Shown here: positions 19,568-27,706 of the stretch, piece by piece
How the letters are laid out: the number at the start of each line of letters is the position of its first letter
Position numbering within the stretch: position 1 is the stretch's first letter
Sequence record: PZ445414.1
Origin: a phage
Length of the DNA: 49,911 bases
Direction: 5' to 3' (one strand)
The notes under the pieces: model-generated
Told to the model about the DNA's origin: nothing
Seen by the model: the letters and a program-made list of their open reading frames with translations, nothing else
Database searches by the model: none
Made by a program: the position numbers and the translations under genes

Positions 19568-19897
19568 CATCAATTTGTTGTGGTCAACAGGGATTCTGTT
19601 TGTTTGCTTGGTGATCATATCAAGCTTGTATTCATCGCCGCGATTCCACTCGAAGCGAAGGGTATACGTGTTAGCGTCACCGTGGCACATTACGTGCTTG
19701 AATTTGCGCAAGTGCTTGTCAAAGATCGCGTTTGTGCTCTCCTCAATCTTCACCGTCCGATCTGAGCAGTTTACAACGGCGACGGTTGAGCCAGTAAGAG
19801 ACATTCTGGAAGCTTCAACCGGATAGCCGATATTAACGTTCAAAGCCATAGCGTTTAAAGGCGCTACAAGAGCCATAGCGAGCATGATTTTTTTCAT
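19565..19897 (-). CDS. small secreted protein (signal peptide, 2 Cys); candidate moron
   Basis: 110 aa; N-terminal signal peptide MKKIMLAMALVAPLNAMA; own box-type promoter; opposite strand to structural operon; flanked by hairpins. Confidence 0.6.
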   Translation of the reverse strand: MKKIMLAMALVAPLNAMALNVNIGYPVEASRMSLTGSTVAVVNCSDRTVKIEESTNAIFDKHLRKFKHVMCHGDANTYTLRFEWNRGDEYKLDMITKQTNRIPVDHNKLM

Positions 19898-19953
19898 TTG
19901 TATTTCCTCGTTTCGTTAAGTTGAAATGAGTATAGCCCCATTTGCGGGGCTTG

Positions 19954-19972
19954 TTTTAGCAATTCGTGCGGT
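19954..19972 (-). promoter_or_regulatory. box variant upstream of secreted-protein gene
   Basis: minus-strand CCGCACGAATTGCTAAAA followed by hairpin, TATACT and conserved leader. Confidence 0.4.
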
Positions 19973-20625
19973 TAGTTGTAACCCTGGAATTTCGCGTATG
20001 GTATTTTGAGGTTTCCGCACCCGTTAAAGATTTCAGAGAAAGAGCGCTGGTTTCTTCTGATCCAGTATGTCTGCAACTGCGAACCAGTCCAGCGCATGAG
20101 GTTGCCTGAATAACCCTGCGTTTCTCCGTCGTCGCTCCATTCGCCGTAGCAGGCATCCCATAGAAAGAATGGGTTAAAACCTGGAGTCACGGAGGCAACT
20201 CTAGCCTCAAGATTGAAAGACGCTGGAACGTCAAGGAATCCCATTATTCGAGGCATTGTTGCGGCGCTGGCGGCAGTCCAAACAAGATTACCGGAAGCGT
20301 CGAATACGTCGAGATAGCCGGACTTAAGTGCCTTGTTTCTCGAAGTCCTGATTATCCTGATTGCGTTAGTGCTGAACATATCCGCGCCAGGGTAGCCCCA
20401 CTGGTTATTACCTGTAAACTGAATCCAGGTTAGAAAGCCATCCTTGCGCTTATCACCATCGCGAAGATTGCCAAGGGCTTTAACGTCGCCAAATGGCGTG
20501 CTTAGGCTGTAAGCCCCAACGTCAATTAGCGGTTGCGGAGTGTAGATAGAATCAAAGATCGTATGCTTTTGATCGGAGTTGATCAGGACAACCCCCGCGT
20601 TATTACGTACCTCAAAGCCTGACAT
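19972..20625 (-). CDS. hypothetical protein (possibly tail-associated)
   Basis: 217 aa; SD AGGAGG; shares DASGNLV motif with 20634..20939. Confidence 0.5.
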   Translation of the reverse strand: MSGFEVRNNAGVVLINSDQKHTIFDSIYTPQPLIDVGAYSLSTPFGDVKALGNLRDGDKRKDGFLTWIQFTGNNQWGYPGADMFSTNAIRIIRTSRNKALKSGYLDVFDASGNLVWTAASAATMPRIMGFLDVPASFNLEARVASVTPGFNPFFLWDACYGEWSDDGETQGYSGNLMRWTGSQLQTYWIRRNQRSFSEIFNGCGNLKIPYAKFQGYN

Positions 20626-20633
20626 AAAGCCTC

Positions 20634-20939
20634 CTAGTTAAACATGTAAACTTCAATGGTAAGAGTCTGATCAGCAAACGGATTGCTTGTTGGCAGGTAA
20701 AGAACATCAACGCCGCCGTTTCTCGTCACGGCTGCATAGCTTTGTTTATACACAGCGCCAGCAGATGCCGCCATGACAACCGCGAACGAGTTGGAACCAG
20801 TCAGCCCAGCTACGTTGAAAGAAACCGAGCGAGTAGTTCGCGGGAATGAAATGTTTTTCCGGACAACAAAGCGCGTACTGAAATCGCCAAGATCGACAAC
20901 CAGGTTTCCGCTTGCATCCCATGCTTGAAGACCAGGCAT
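20634..20939 (-). CDS. hypothetical protein (paralogous motif DASGNLV)
   Basis: 101 aa; SD GAGAGGTGG; driven by sigma70-like promoter in AT-rich region. Confidence 0.5.
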   Translation of the reverse strand: MPGLQAWDASGNLVVDLGDFSTRFVVRKNISFPRTTRSVSFNVAGLTGSNSFAVVMAASAGAVYKQSYAAVTRNGGVDVLYLPTSNPFADQTLTIEVYMFN

Positions 20940-20975
20940 AATGCCACCTCTCTAGTTTGCTTATTAAGTGCATTT

Positions 20976-21004
20976 AATATACAGGCGCGGCGTAATCATT
21001 TCAA
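20976..21004 (-). promoter_or_regulatory. sigma70-like promoter TTGAAA-N17-TATATT (minus strand)
   Basis: reverse complement of 20976-21004; upstream of minus gene starting 20939. Confidence 0.55.
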
Positions 21005-21125
21005 TGGCAAATGCAAAACCTTACCTTAATTGTTCTTTTTGTTTCTCTGTGTTCTCGATTGCACCCACCGCAGAATCGCACAACGTTTTAGAACAGAAAA
21101 AACAAAATAAATCATCTATAATATA

Positions 21126-21157
21126 TAATAAAATCAATAGTTTAGTTTATATGTATT
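21126..21157. repeat. conserved ~30-bp AT-rich element containing IHF-consensus-like AATCAATAGTTTA (copy A)
   Basis: taataaaatcaatagtttagtttatatgtat; near-identical copy at 40555. Confidence 0.5.
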
Positions 21158-21388
21158 TGTATGTTGTTATTTATTGTTTCCAATGTTTCAGTGTTAATTG
21201 ATGTACTGGCTTTCTTTAGTCTGGATATCTCTATTATCCATTTGATGTGTGTATTTATATAAACCCCACCGCAAATCCGTGAACAATGAAACAAAAAATA
21301 ACGACGTTTAAAATCATGCACTTAAGAGCTGATTTTGTTATCGGGGTTGAAAGATGTGTTTCGAGAACAGAAAAAACAATTGAAGGTA

Positions 21389-21416
21389 TTGACTAAACGC
21401 CACAAATGGCTACAAT
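21389..21416 (+). promoter_or_regulatory. sigma70-like promoter TTGACT-N16-TACAAT for recombination module
   Basis: ttgact 21389-21394, tacaat 21411-21416; ~30 nt upstream of exonuclease ATG. Confidence 0.6.
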
Positions 21417-21446
21417 GCACGTATACCAACACACAGGAGCGAAAGA

Positions 21447-22505
21447 ATGAGTGAGTTTAAGGTTTTCACTAGCGCAGAAATGCCAAACAGTGAGTATCAC
21501 GATCCGAATAGCTGGACGGCTGAGTACACAAGCGGATCGAATCTGGCTGAGGTTTTCCAGTCCTCCCCCGCATCCTGGAAATTTAAGGAGCGAGACGAAA
21601 ACGCAAAGCCGCTAATTTTCGGCACTCAGTCGCATACAAACTTTGAGAGCAAGGCATTGTTTGAGGCTCAATATCGCAGAGCGCCAGCGCCGGAGGACTT
21701 CAAAGATCTGATTACCAGCCAAACGGCTCTCGCTGCGAAATTGAAATCTTTCGGCCTGAAAGGTACAAGCGGGAAGCAGTATCCAGATCTTATTAAGATG
21801 ATGGTTGATTGTGGTGAGGATTTGCAGGTTCAATGGCTGATTGAAATGATCGCAGAATCCGAAGCGCGTGCGGCTGGAGTAGAGCTTGTAAACGCAAAAG
21901 ATTATGACGCTTGTGTAGCCATGCGCCAGGTTCTTGAGTCGATACCGGAGCATAACGCGTGCATGAATAGCCCAACGGCACAGCGCGAGCTTTCAATTTT
22001 CGGCGTTATCAACGGCGTTAAGGTGAAGGTCAGACTAGACCATATTGACGAGTGCGAAAACGTAGAGTTTACGCTAATCACTGGCTACGACGACAAAGGG
22101 CAGCCTATTTGTGAGGATGTGATTTATCCTGAGGCGATTGTTATAACCGACTATAAAACCACAATGAGCGCCAATCCTCTTGAATTTGAGCGCCTGGCAT
22201 TTAATCACGGTTATTATTTGAAAATGGCTTTGCAGCACGATCTATTCCGCAAGGCTTACCCAAACGAAACGCGACCCGTAGTGGTTAGACTACTGGCGCA
22301 GGAGAAGAAAAAACCTTACTTGCCGCTGGCGTACCGCATGAACAGCGAGCAACTCAAGATCGGGCGCATTCAGTACATGAGCGTGATCAATCAGTTTGCA
22401 ATGTGCCAGGCGCATAACATTTGGCCTTCATACGCAAACGGAGCGCCTGAAATTTCACTAACAACTCCTGATTGGGTGCGCCGCCAGTACAAAGAGTTTC
22501 TGTAA
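21447..22505 (+). CDS. exonuclease, PD-(D/E)xK family (putative recombination exonuclease)
   Basis: 352 aa; motifs RLDHIDE ... ITDYKTT consistent with PD-(D/E)xK core; precedes Erf and SSB. Confidence 0.5.
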   Translation: MSEFKVFTSAEMPNSEYHDPNSWTAEYTSGSNLAEVFQSSPASWKFKERDENAKPLIFGTQSHTNFESKALFEAQYRRAPAPEDFKDLITSQTALAAKLKSFGLKGTSGKQYPDLIKMMVDCGEDLQVQWLIEMIAESEARAAGVELVNAKDYDACVAMRQVLESIPEHNACMNSPTAQRELSIFGVINGVKVKVRLDHIDECENVEFTLITGYDDKGQPICEDVIYPEAIVITDYKTTMSANPLEFERLAFNHGYYLKMALQHDLFRKAYPNETRPVVVRLLAQEKKKPYLPLAYRMNSEQLKIGRIQYMSVINQFAMCQAHNIWPSYANGAPEISLTTPDWVRRQYKEFL

Positions 22506-22524
22506 ACAGCACAAATAGCTAAAC
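22505..22524 (+). promoter_or_regulatory. box variant (AACAGCAC-N5-GCTAAAC)
   Basis: aacagcacaaatagctaaac upstream of 22547 ORF. Confidence 0.35.
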
Positions 22525-22546
22525 AAATGAAAATGGAGGTGTTATA

Positions 22547-22876
22547 ATGCCTCCATCAAGTAAACAAAGAGAGGATATCAGAATGGAAAACATCACCAAT
22601 GAAGAAATGATTAGCGCGGCATGTGAAGCTCATATGCGTATTTTTGTACACCGCGTCACTTTCGCCATGAAGGACTTTGTTAAGCCGCTTAATCCGGCAG
22701 ACGGCGAAGAAGAAATGAAATACATCCGTGACGTTATGGAGGCGGTTGACAACGTTGTAGCCACTGCGCTGATGGTCAAAGATAATCCAGAGGCAATCAA
22801 GATGATGAAGGAATCCACCGACAGGCTGATCAATCAGCTTATCGAGATCCACAACGGCGGCGAAGTAAAACACTAA
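22547..22876 (+). CDS. hypothetical protein
   Basis: 109-aa ORF with SD GGAGGTG; between exonuclease and Erf. Confidence 0.45.
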   Translation: MPPSSKQREDIRMENITNEEMISAACEAHMRIFVHRVTFAMKDFVKPLNPADGEEEMKYIRDVMEAVDNVVATALMVKDNPEAIKMMKESTDRLINQLIEIHNGGEVKH

Positions 22877-22915
22877 TAAATGACGGCGGCGAAAGCCGCC
22901 TTTAAGGAGAATGCA

Positions 22916-23563
22916 ATGAAGTTATCCGAAAAGTTCGACGAGATTTTGCCAGCGCTGCACAAAGCACGCAGTCAGTTTGTTAAAGTTAAAAAAGATCGAC
23001 AAAACACACACCTTAAAAACAAATACGCAACGCTTGATAGCGTGCTTGATGCAATCACGCCAGCATTGACGGAAAACAAATTAATGATCATGCAGGACAG
23101 CGAGCGCATCGAAAGCACAATGCGTGTTGAAACGACTGTGATCCACATTTCCGGTCAGTGGGCTAAATTTTACTTTGATATCCCAATAGTCAAAAACGAC
23201 CCGCAAGGCGTAGGATCTGCTTTTACATACGGGCGACGATATGCACTGGCGGCAGCGTTCGGACTAAGCCAGGCAGACGACGACGCGCAAATTGCTGTGA
23301 AGTCTGCGCAGGATTGGAAACGAGATCTTGACAAGTGCGAGACTGTAGACGACTTGCAAGGCGTGTTGCGTGATGCGTGGAAGTCAAGCGACAAAGCGAA
23401 CCAGGTGATCATTAAAGAGCACTACGAGAAGCGCAAAGCAGAGATTGAGATCGGAAGCGCTCGCGGTTTTAGCGCCGCCGCTCCAAAGCAAAACCTTGCC
23501 GCTAAGGTTGACGAGCCACAAGCGCAAACTGTAGAATCGCAACCAATTACCAGTTTCGAATAA
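22916..23563 (+). CDS. erf: Erf-family single-strand annealing protein
   Basis: ATG 22916 after AAGGAG; motifs KYATLDSV and TYGRRYAL characteristic of ERF superfamily. Confidence 0.7.
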   Translation: MKLSEKFDEILPALHKARSQFVKVKKDRQNTHLKNKYATLDSVLDAITPALTENKLMIMQDSERIESTMRVETTVIHISGQWAKFYFDIPIVKNDPQGVGSAFTYGRRYALAAAFGLSQADDDAQIAVKSAQDWKRDLDKCETVDDLQGVLRDAWKSSDKANQVIIKEHYEKRKAEIEIGSARGFSAAAPKQNLAAKVDEPQAQTVESQPITSFE

Positions 23564-23568
23564 TTTAA

Positions 23569-23592
23569 GGGGCGCTAGTCGCCCCATTTTTA
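23569..23592 (+). terminator. terminator-like hairpin after erf
   Basis: ggggcg ctagt cgcccc attttta. Confidence 0.5.
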
Positions 23593-23604
23593 GGAGGTTA
23601 ATAA

Positions 23605-24027
23605 ATGCACGTTATTACAGGTGAAATCCGCAAAGAGCCGCGAATCAAGGAAACAGCAAACGGCAAGCTTTATGTCGTCGAACTCTCTGAGCGGTTCAAA
23701 GATCGTGAAGGTCAATGGCAATACACCAATTATACATTTTTCTTCAACGCAAAAACTGACGGTATGCGCGGCTGGTACGATGAAGCATTCCAGCAGGGTA
23801 AGGTGATCAGCGTTTCATGCGAAACCCTCAAAGCGGAAATGCGAGAGTACAACGGCAACACTTACGTTACGCTCCAGGCGGCAGACTTCCCGAAACTGTT
23901 GTTTAGCCAGCGCGGGGAGGGTGGAGCGCCTCAGCAGCAAAGCCAGCCACGTCAGCAGCAGACGCAGCAGCAGCCACGGCAAAACAACGAGCCGCCAATT
24001 GATTTTGACGACGATATCCCGTTCTAA
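23605..24027 (+). CDS. ssb: single-stranded DNA-binding protein
   Basis: 140 aa; OB-fold-like N-terminus, Gln/Pro-rich linker, acidic C-terminal tail DFDDDIPF typical of SSB. Confidence 0.8.
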   Translation: MHVITGEIRKEPRIKETANGKLYVVELSERFKDREGQWQYTNYTFFFNAKTDGMRGWYDEAFQQGKVISVSCETLKAEMREYNGNTYVTLQAADFPKLLFSQRGEGGAPQQQSQPRQQQTQQQPRQNNEPPIDFDDDIPF

Positions 24028-24032
24028 AAGAA

Positions 24033-24058
24033 AAGCCCCCAATTGGGGGCTTTTTTAT
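24033..24058. terminator. bidirectional terminator between ssb (+) and tail fibre (-)
   Basis: aaaag ccccc aatt ggggg cttttttatt. Confidence 0.8.
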
Positions 24059-26058
24059 TACTTGTTTTTCAGCATTACGATGTCAGCCTTTAACGCTTCA
24101 ATCTCTGCTTTCTGCGCATCAATTAGATCGCGCATTTCCTTGAATGCCTCAACATACAGCGCGGATAATGCGTTGTAGTCGAGCGTTAGCGGGTTTTCCA
24201 CCTTGTCACAATTCTTTGTAAGCACATTGTGATCTTTTCCCTCTGTGACGCTAACAGCCTCCGGTAGCACCTTCTGCACGTCCTGCGCGATCACGCCAGC
24301 ATTTCGAACGGTATTCTGAATCGTGGTGTGCATGGAGTATGTAACGCCGCGCAGGGAGCAAATCTTATCAAGCGCACCAGTTACGGGCTTGATCCAGAAT
24401 TTCGCTCGCTCGTCTGACGTTGCAGTGAATTTCACCGCCTTACATTCACCCGTTGCGCCGTAAATGCTGAGTGCTTGGCCACCCGCGCCAGTGCTAGCAT
24501 TATCAGATCGCAATTGCAACACTTGCGTATCGTTTGAGTAAATCACGGCACGGTTTCTGCCAGATCTGTTTTGCAGCCATACGTGAGTATTGTCACTTCC
24601 ATCACCTCCGCGAACGTATGCGCTAGAGCCGTCAACAAACAAATTGCCTTGGCAGTTTGTGTCACCTCCGTTAAGTCGAATGCGATCTGAGATCTGAATG
24701 CCTTTTTTGTGTACATAACTCCAAAGGCCAATGCTATCATCATTGTTAGATGGATTCCCCACCCATCCTGTGTTCTTGTTCAGATCGTTGAACATGATGT
24801 AATGCGAGTTTCCAGCAGTTCTAGGCCTGACAACAAACGAATCAGCATCCCATGACGTGTACAGCTTCGTCCTAAGGTTGATATCAGAGGTTTCAATGGT
24901 GAGGCGCCCACCATTAAACAGATATCCGCCAGCAATGTTTGCGCTCATATATCCAGCAGTAAACCTTAGGTTCCCGCCTCCGTTCGCATCTCTGTTCATT
25001 CCGTCGCAGTAAATTCGCGCGTCGTAGTCATACTTTCCGCTGTAGTGAAGATCAATGTAGGCCGTTGAGTTTTTTGTTCGGTAGCCTAACTCAAGCTGAT
25101 TAGCCTCCACCCCCATTGACGCAACAAGGTTAGGTACGCTGAAATCACCAGTAGGAGACAATGACGCGAACTGCGGAGAGTTTTGGTTGCTCCTGTTAAT
25201 GATTGAAATGTTCTGGTTGCGATCCGCCCTAAACTCTGCCTGTGACAATATTGTGCTTCCGCTCATTAGCTGAGCAGCGAATGCGGCGCTGGGGTTGTCA
25301 TTGTTTGCGTTTGAAGGAGTTCTGATCAGATATCCGTTAGCTGTGATCGCATTACCAAACTCAACCGTGCTACTCTTACCCAACCCCAAATTTTCTCTTG
25401 ATGTTGGCTTGTCAGCAACATCACTCAAGTTATTAGCTTTCTTCAACTGGTTATCAGGGTTTGCAGTTTGTGCGCGGTCTGCTTCCGATTTTGCGCGATC
25501 CGCTTGCTGCGTTGCCGTTGTAGCTGATGCCGCCGCAGCGCTCTTTGACGCGTTTGCGCTTGATGCGGCTGTCTGAGCCTCGTTCTTTGCTGTATTTGCC
25601 GCGCTTGCACTGCTTGCTGCGTTTGTTTCGCTTGATTTTGCAGACTTTGCGCTTGCGTCAGCAGCGGCGGCGTTTGCTTCCGTGTTTCGCTCAAGTTGCT
25701 CCAGCTTTTGCCAATCAAAGCTTTTCAGGAAGTCAACAAACTCCTGATACATTGTTTCCTGACCCTGGTAATAACGCAGAGTTTCGGCAACATCTTGCGC
25801 CAGGCCGTCAACCGTCAGAGAGTCATGAAGCAGGATCACATAGTCTCCGCGAGGCACTACCGCGCCGCCAGTAGACGTGGCACGCAGTGAGGTATCATTC
25901 ACGATCTCGCTAATGGTTGCGTATGCAACCGGATTGGATGCAAACACGATTGTTGCACCTGGACGAATCAGCGTTAATGCTGTTTTCCACTTTGTTCCGT
26001 AACCAGTGATATAGCCGTTAGCGTCCATTGACGCTTGACCAGTGCGATAAATAGCCAT
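24058..26058 (-). CDS. side tail fibre protein with C-terminal intramolecular-chaperone-like domain
   Basis: 666 aa from ATG 26058 (SD GGAGA); Ala/Ser-rich low-complexity region; C-terminal TSDERAKFWIKPV...LDYNALSALYVEAFKE resembles S74 autoproteolytic chaperone domain. Confidence 0.65.
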   Translation of the reverse strand: MAIYRTGQASMDANGYITGYGTKWKTALTLIRPGATIVFASNPVAYATISEIVNDTSLRATSTGGAVVPRGDYVILLHDSLTVDGLAQDVAETLRYYQGQETMYQEFVDFLKSFDWQKLEQLERNTEANAAAADASAKSAKSSETNAASSASAANTAKNEAQTAASSANASKSAAAASATTATQQADRAKSEADRAQTANPDNQLKKANNLSDVADKPTSRENLGLGKSSTVEFGNAITANGYLIRTPSNANNDNPSAAFAAQLMSGSTILSQAEFRADRNQNISIINRSNQNSPQFASLSPTGDFSVPNLVASMGVEANQLELGYRTKNSTAYIDLHYSGKYDYDARIYCDGMNRDANGGGNLRFTAGYMSANIAGGYLFNGGRLTIETSDINLRTKLYTSWDADSFVVRPRTAGNSHYIMFNDLNKNTGWVGNPSNNDDSIGLWSYVHKKGIQISDRIRLNGGDTNCQGNLFVDGSSAYVRGGDGSDNTHVWLQNRSGRNRAVIYSNDTQVLQLRSDNASTGAGGQALSIYGATGECKAVKFTATSDERAKFWIKPVTGALDKICSLRGVTYSMHTTIQNTVRNAGVIAQDVQKVLPEAVSVTEGKDHNVLTKNCDKVENPLTLDYNALSALYVEAFKEMRDLIDAQKAEIEALKADIVMLKNK

Positions 26059-26073
26059 ATGTAAAATCTCCCA

Positions 26074-26092
26074 AATAGCACGTTTTGTTAAT
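26074..26092 (+). promoter_or_regulatory. conserved box in leader of (minus-strand) tail fibre gene, inverted relative to gene
   Basis: aatagcacgttttgttaa between TGCTATAAT (minus) and tail-fibre SD. Confidence 0.45.
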
Positions 26093-26102
26093 GACAAGTC
26101 GG

Positions 26103-26111
26103 ATTATAGCA
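26103..26111 (-). promoter_or_regulatory. extended -10 element TGCTATAAT (minus) upstream of tail fibre gene
   Basis: fwd attatagca; follows primase terminator. Confidence 0.45.
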
Positions 26112-26124
26112 TTGCGCAAGGCAT

Positions 26125-26147
26125 AAAAAAACCCCGCCGAAGCGGGG
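26125..26147 (-). terminator. intrinsic terminator after primase gene (minus)
   Basis: fwd aaaaaaa ccccgc cgaa gcgggg. Confidence 0.7.
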
Positions 26148-26162
26148 CAAGAAAGCAATGGT

Positions 26163-27119
26163 TTACCGTGTCGGGAGTAAAGTCTCAGGCTTGTAAAGCT
26201 TTCGCTCTATCCCTTGCCGGAAATTATCGTTAACAGGAAGCATTACGTCAAGTCCTCTCTCCTCAGCGGCAATTATCACGTCCTGATCGGTTGACTTGCA
26301 CACCACGCGCATTTTTCGATCTCCTTTATACCGATGCGCAACAATCTCAACGTTATAACTTGAGAAGCAAGCCCACACCTCCTGGCCTGTAGATAGGTGA
26401 ATGTGTTGAGCATCAACCCAATCAACGCACAGATAGATCGTGTTGTCAGTTTTACCAGTCACCGCAACGGAGCCTCGCGTATAGTCCTTTGCATAGAAAC
26501 TTTTCTCGCCTAGCTCGTCAATCATGAGGATGTTACACATTTCATCATCTAAACCATCGTCATGCACAAGGTAGCAAGGGATTGCATGAATAAGCGATTC
26601 TCCGCCATTCTCCAGCGATTTTACGCCTACAGAGTACATTTCATCATCTGGCGGAGCGATGCCCTCAAAAACGCTTAGGGGCGTTTTTAGCACGCCTTTG
26701 GTTCTCTCCATTACTGCAACGCAGTTTTCATGTGGAGCCTGGGATCCAAAAGAGTAACCTGATGCGCGGGAGGCTCGCTTGTTCGCCTTAACTATATACT
26801 CCTGAGGAACCTTTCCGAGAAAGCGCCCTAAGATGTTGATGCACTCGCTATATGATTCGCCAGTGAGCTTCATTAGCCAGCCAATACCGCTATCGTTCCC
26901 ACAACCGTTGCACACTGCGCCGCCGTCTCCGTCAGTGCTAAGTTTGTCAGTCCAGCGGAATCTGTCTTTACCTCCGCAGTGGGGGCAAGGTTGGTGTTTC
27001 TTGTTGAAAACGTCATTGCTCAATCCGCAAAGGCTTTGTAGCGCATCGCGCCACATGCCTTTCATGTACGGCAAAACGTCCTCTTTCTGAAAAATCATGT
27101 TTGGGTGTACTTCTTGCAT
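26163..27119 (-). CDS. DNA primase (zinc-ribbon type, putative)
   Basis: CPHCGG ... CNGCG zinc-ribbon motif near N-terminus; ATG 27119 after GGAGCGAG; adjacent to helicase gene. Confidence 0.5.
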   Translation of the reverse strand: MQEVHPNMIFQKEDVLPYMKGMWRDALQSLCGLSNDVFNKKHQPCPHCGGKDRFRWTDKLSTDGDGGAVCNGCGNDSGIGWLMKLTGESYSECINILGRFLGKVPQEYIVKANKRASRASGYSFGSQAPHENCVAVMERTKGVLKTPLSVFEGIAPPDDEMYSVGVKSLENGGESLIHAIPCYLVHDDGLDDEMCNILMIDELGEKSFYAKDYTRGSVAVTGKTDNTIYLCVDWVDAQHIHLSTGQEVWACFSSYNVEIVAHRYKGDRKMRVVCKSTDQDVIIAAEERGLDVMLPVNDNFRQGIERKLYKPETLLPTR

Positions 27120-27131
27120 GACTCGCTCCAA

Positions 27132-27170
27132 TAAAAAAATCGCGTAGCCGGATGATACCAGATACGCGAT
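27132..27170 (-). terminator. terminator-like hairpin after HTH gene (minus)
   Basis: fwd aaaaaaa atcgcgta ... tacgcgat (8-bp stem, 16-nt loop). Confidence 0.4.
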
Positions 27171-27177
27171 CTTTGAT

Positions 27178-27618
27178 TTAGCTATTTGTGCTGTTTATGA
27201 AGTCCGACTCTTTCACTACGCGCAGCATTTCGTATCGGTCGCATTTCGTCGTTAACGCTTTGCCGTTTGAGTCAAATCTCAGATCTGGACGGCAGAATGA
27301 AGCGCGATAGCCCTTGCAGCCGTTTCGCTTATAGTCGGCGTGAACCTTTTCGGCTCCAGAAACGGAAATCATTCCGCGCTTGCGCCACTGCTGGATAACC
27401 TGGTGAGTAACCTTTAAGCGCCTTGTCATTTCTGCCTGAGATCCGTAATATTCGCAAACGGCATCCAGACGAGCACGCAATCCGGCTTTGACTTCATCCT
27501 TTAGAACGTAGTAGCCTGTTTTGCGCTTGCGCTTTTTCTTGTCTTTACCGCGCTTTACACCGTTGTTGCCATTGATTGTGCGCTTGTCAATTTCGCCAGT
27601 TGATGCAGCAATTTTCAT
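27178..27618 (-). CDS. HTH DNA-binding protein (Cro/YdaS-like, putative regulator)
   Basis: 146 aa from ATG 27618 (SD GGAGG); basic N-terminus; HTH-like SQAEMTRRLKVTHQVIQQWRKRGMIS. Confidence 0.45.
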   Translation of the reverse strand: MKIAASTGEIDKRTINGNNGVKRGKDKKKRKRKTGYYVLKDEVKAGLRARLDAVCEYYGSQAEMTRRLKVTHQVIQQWRKRGMISVSGAEKVHADYKRNGCKGYRASFCRPDLRFDSNGKALTTKCDRYEMLRVVKESDFINSTNS

Positions 27619-27629
27619 ATTAAACCTCC

Positions 27630-27649
27630 GATAGCACTTTTTGCTAAAA
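27630..27649 (+). promoter_or_regulatory. conserved box upstream of helicase gene
   Basis: gatagcactttttgctaaaa; TATTAT at 27669-27674. Confidence 0.5.
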
Positions 27650-27706
27650 ACACTCAAAACGTAGGAGCTATTATACATTCAATCGGTTAACGAATAAAGG
27701 TTAAAA

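Noticed and set aside
20968-21201. Track ORF (77 aa) inside the AT-rich region between divergent operons
   Set aside because: Low-complexity AT-rich translation (poly-I/Y/F/N), no SD, overlaps promoter elements; treated as non-coding.
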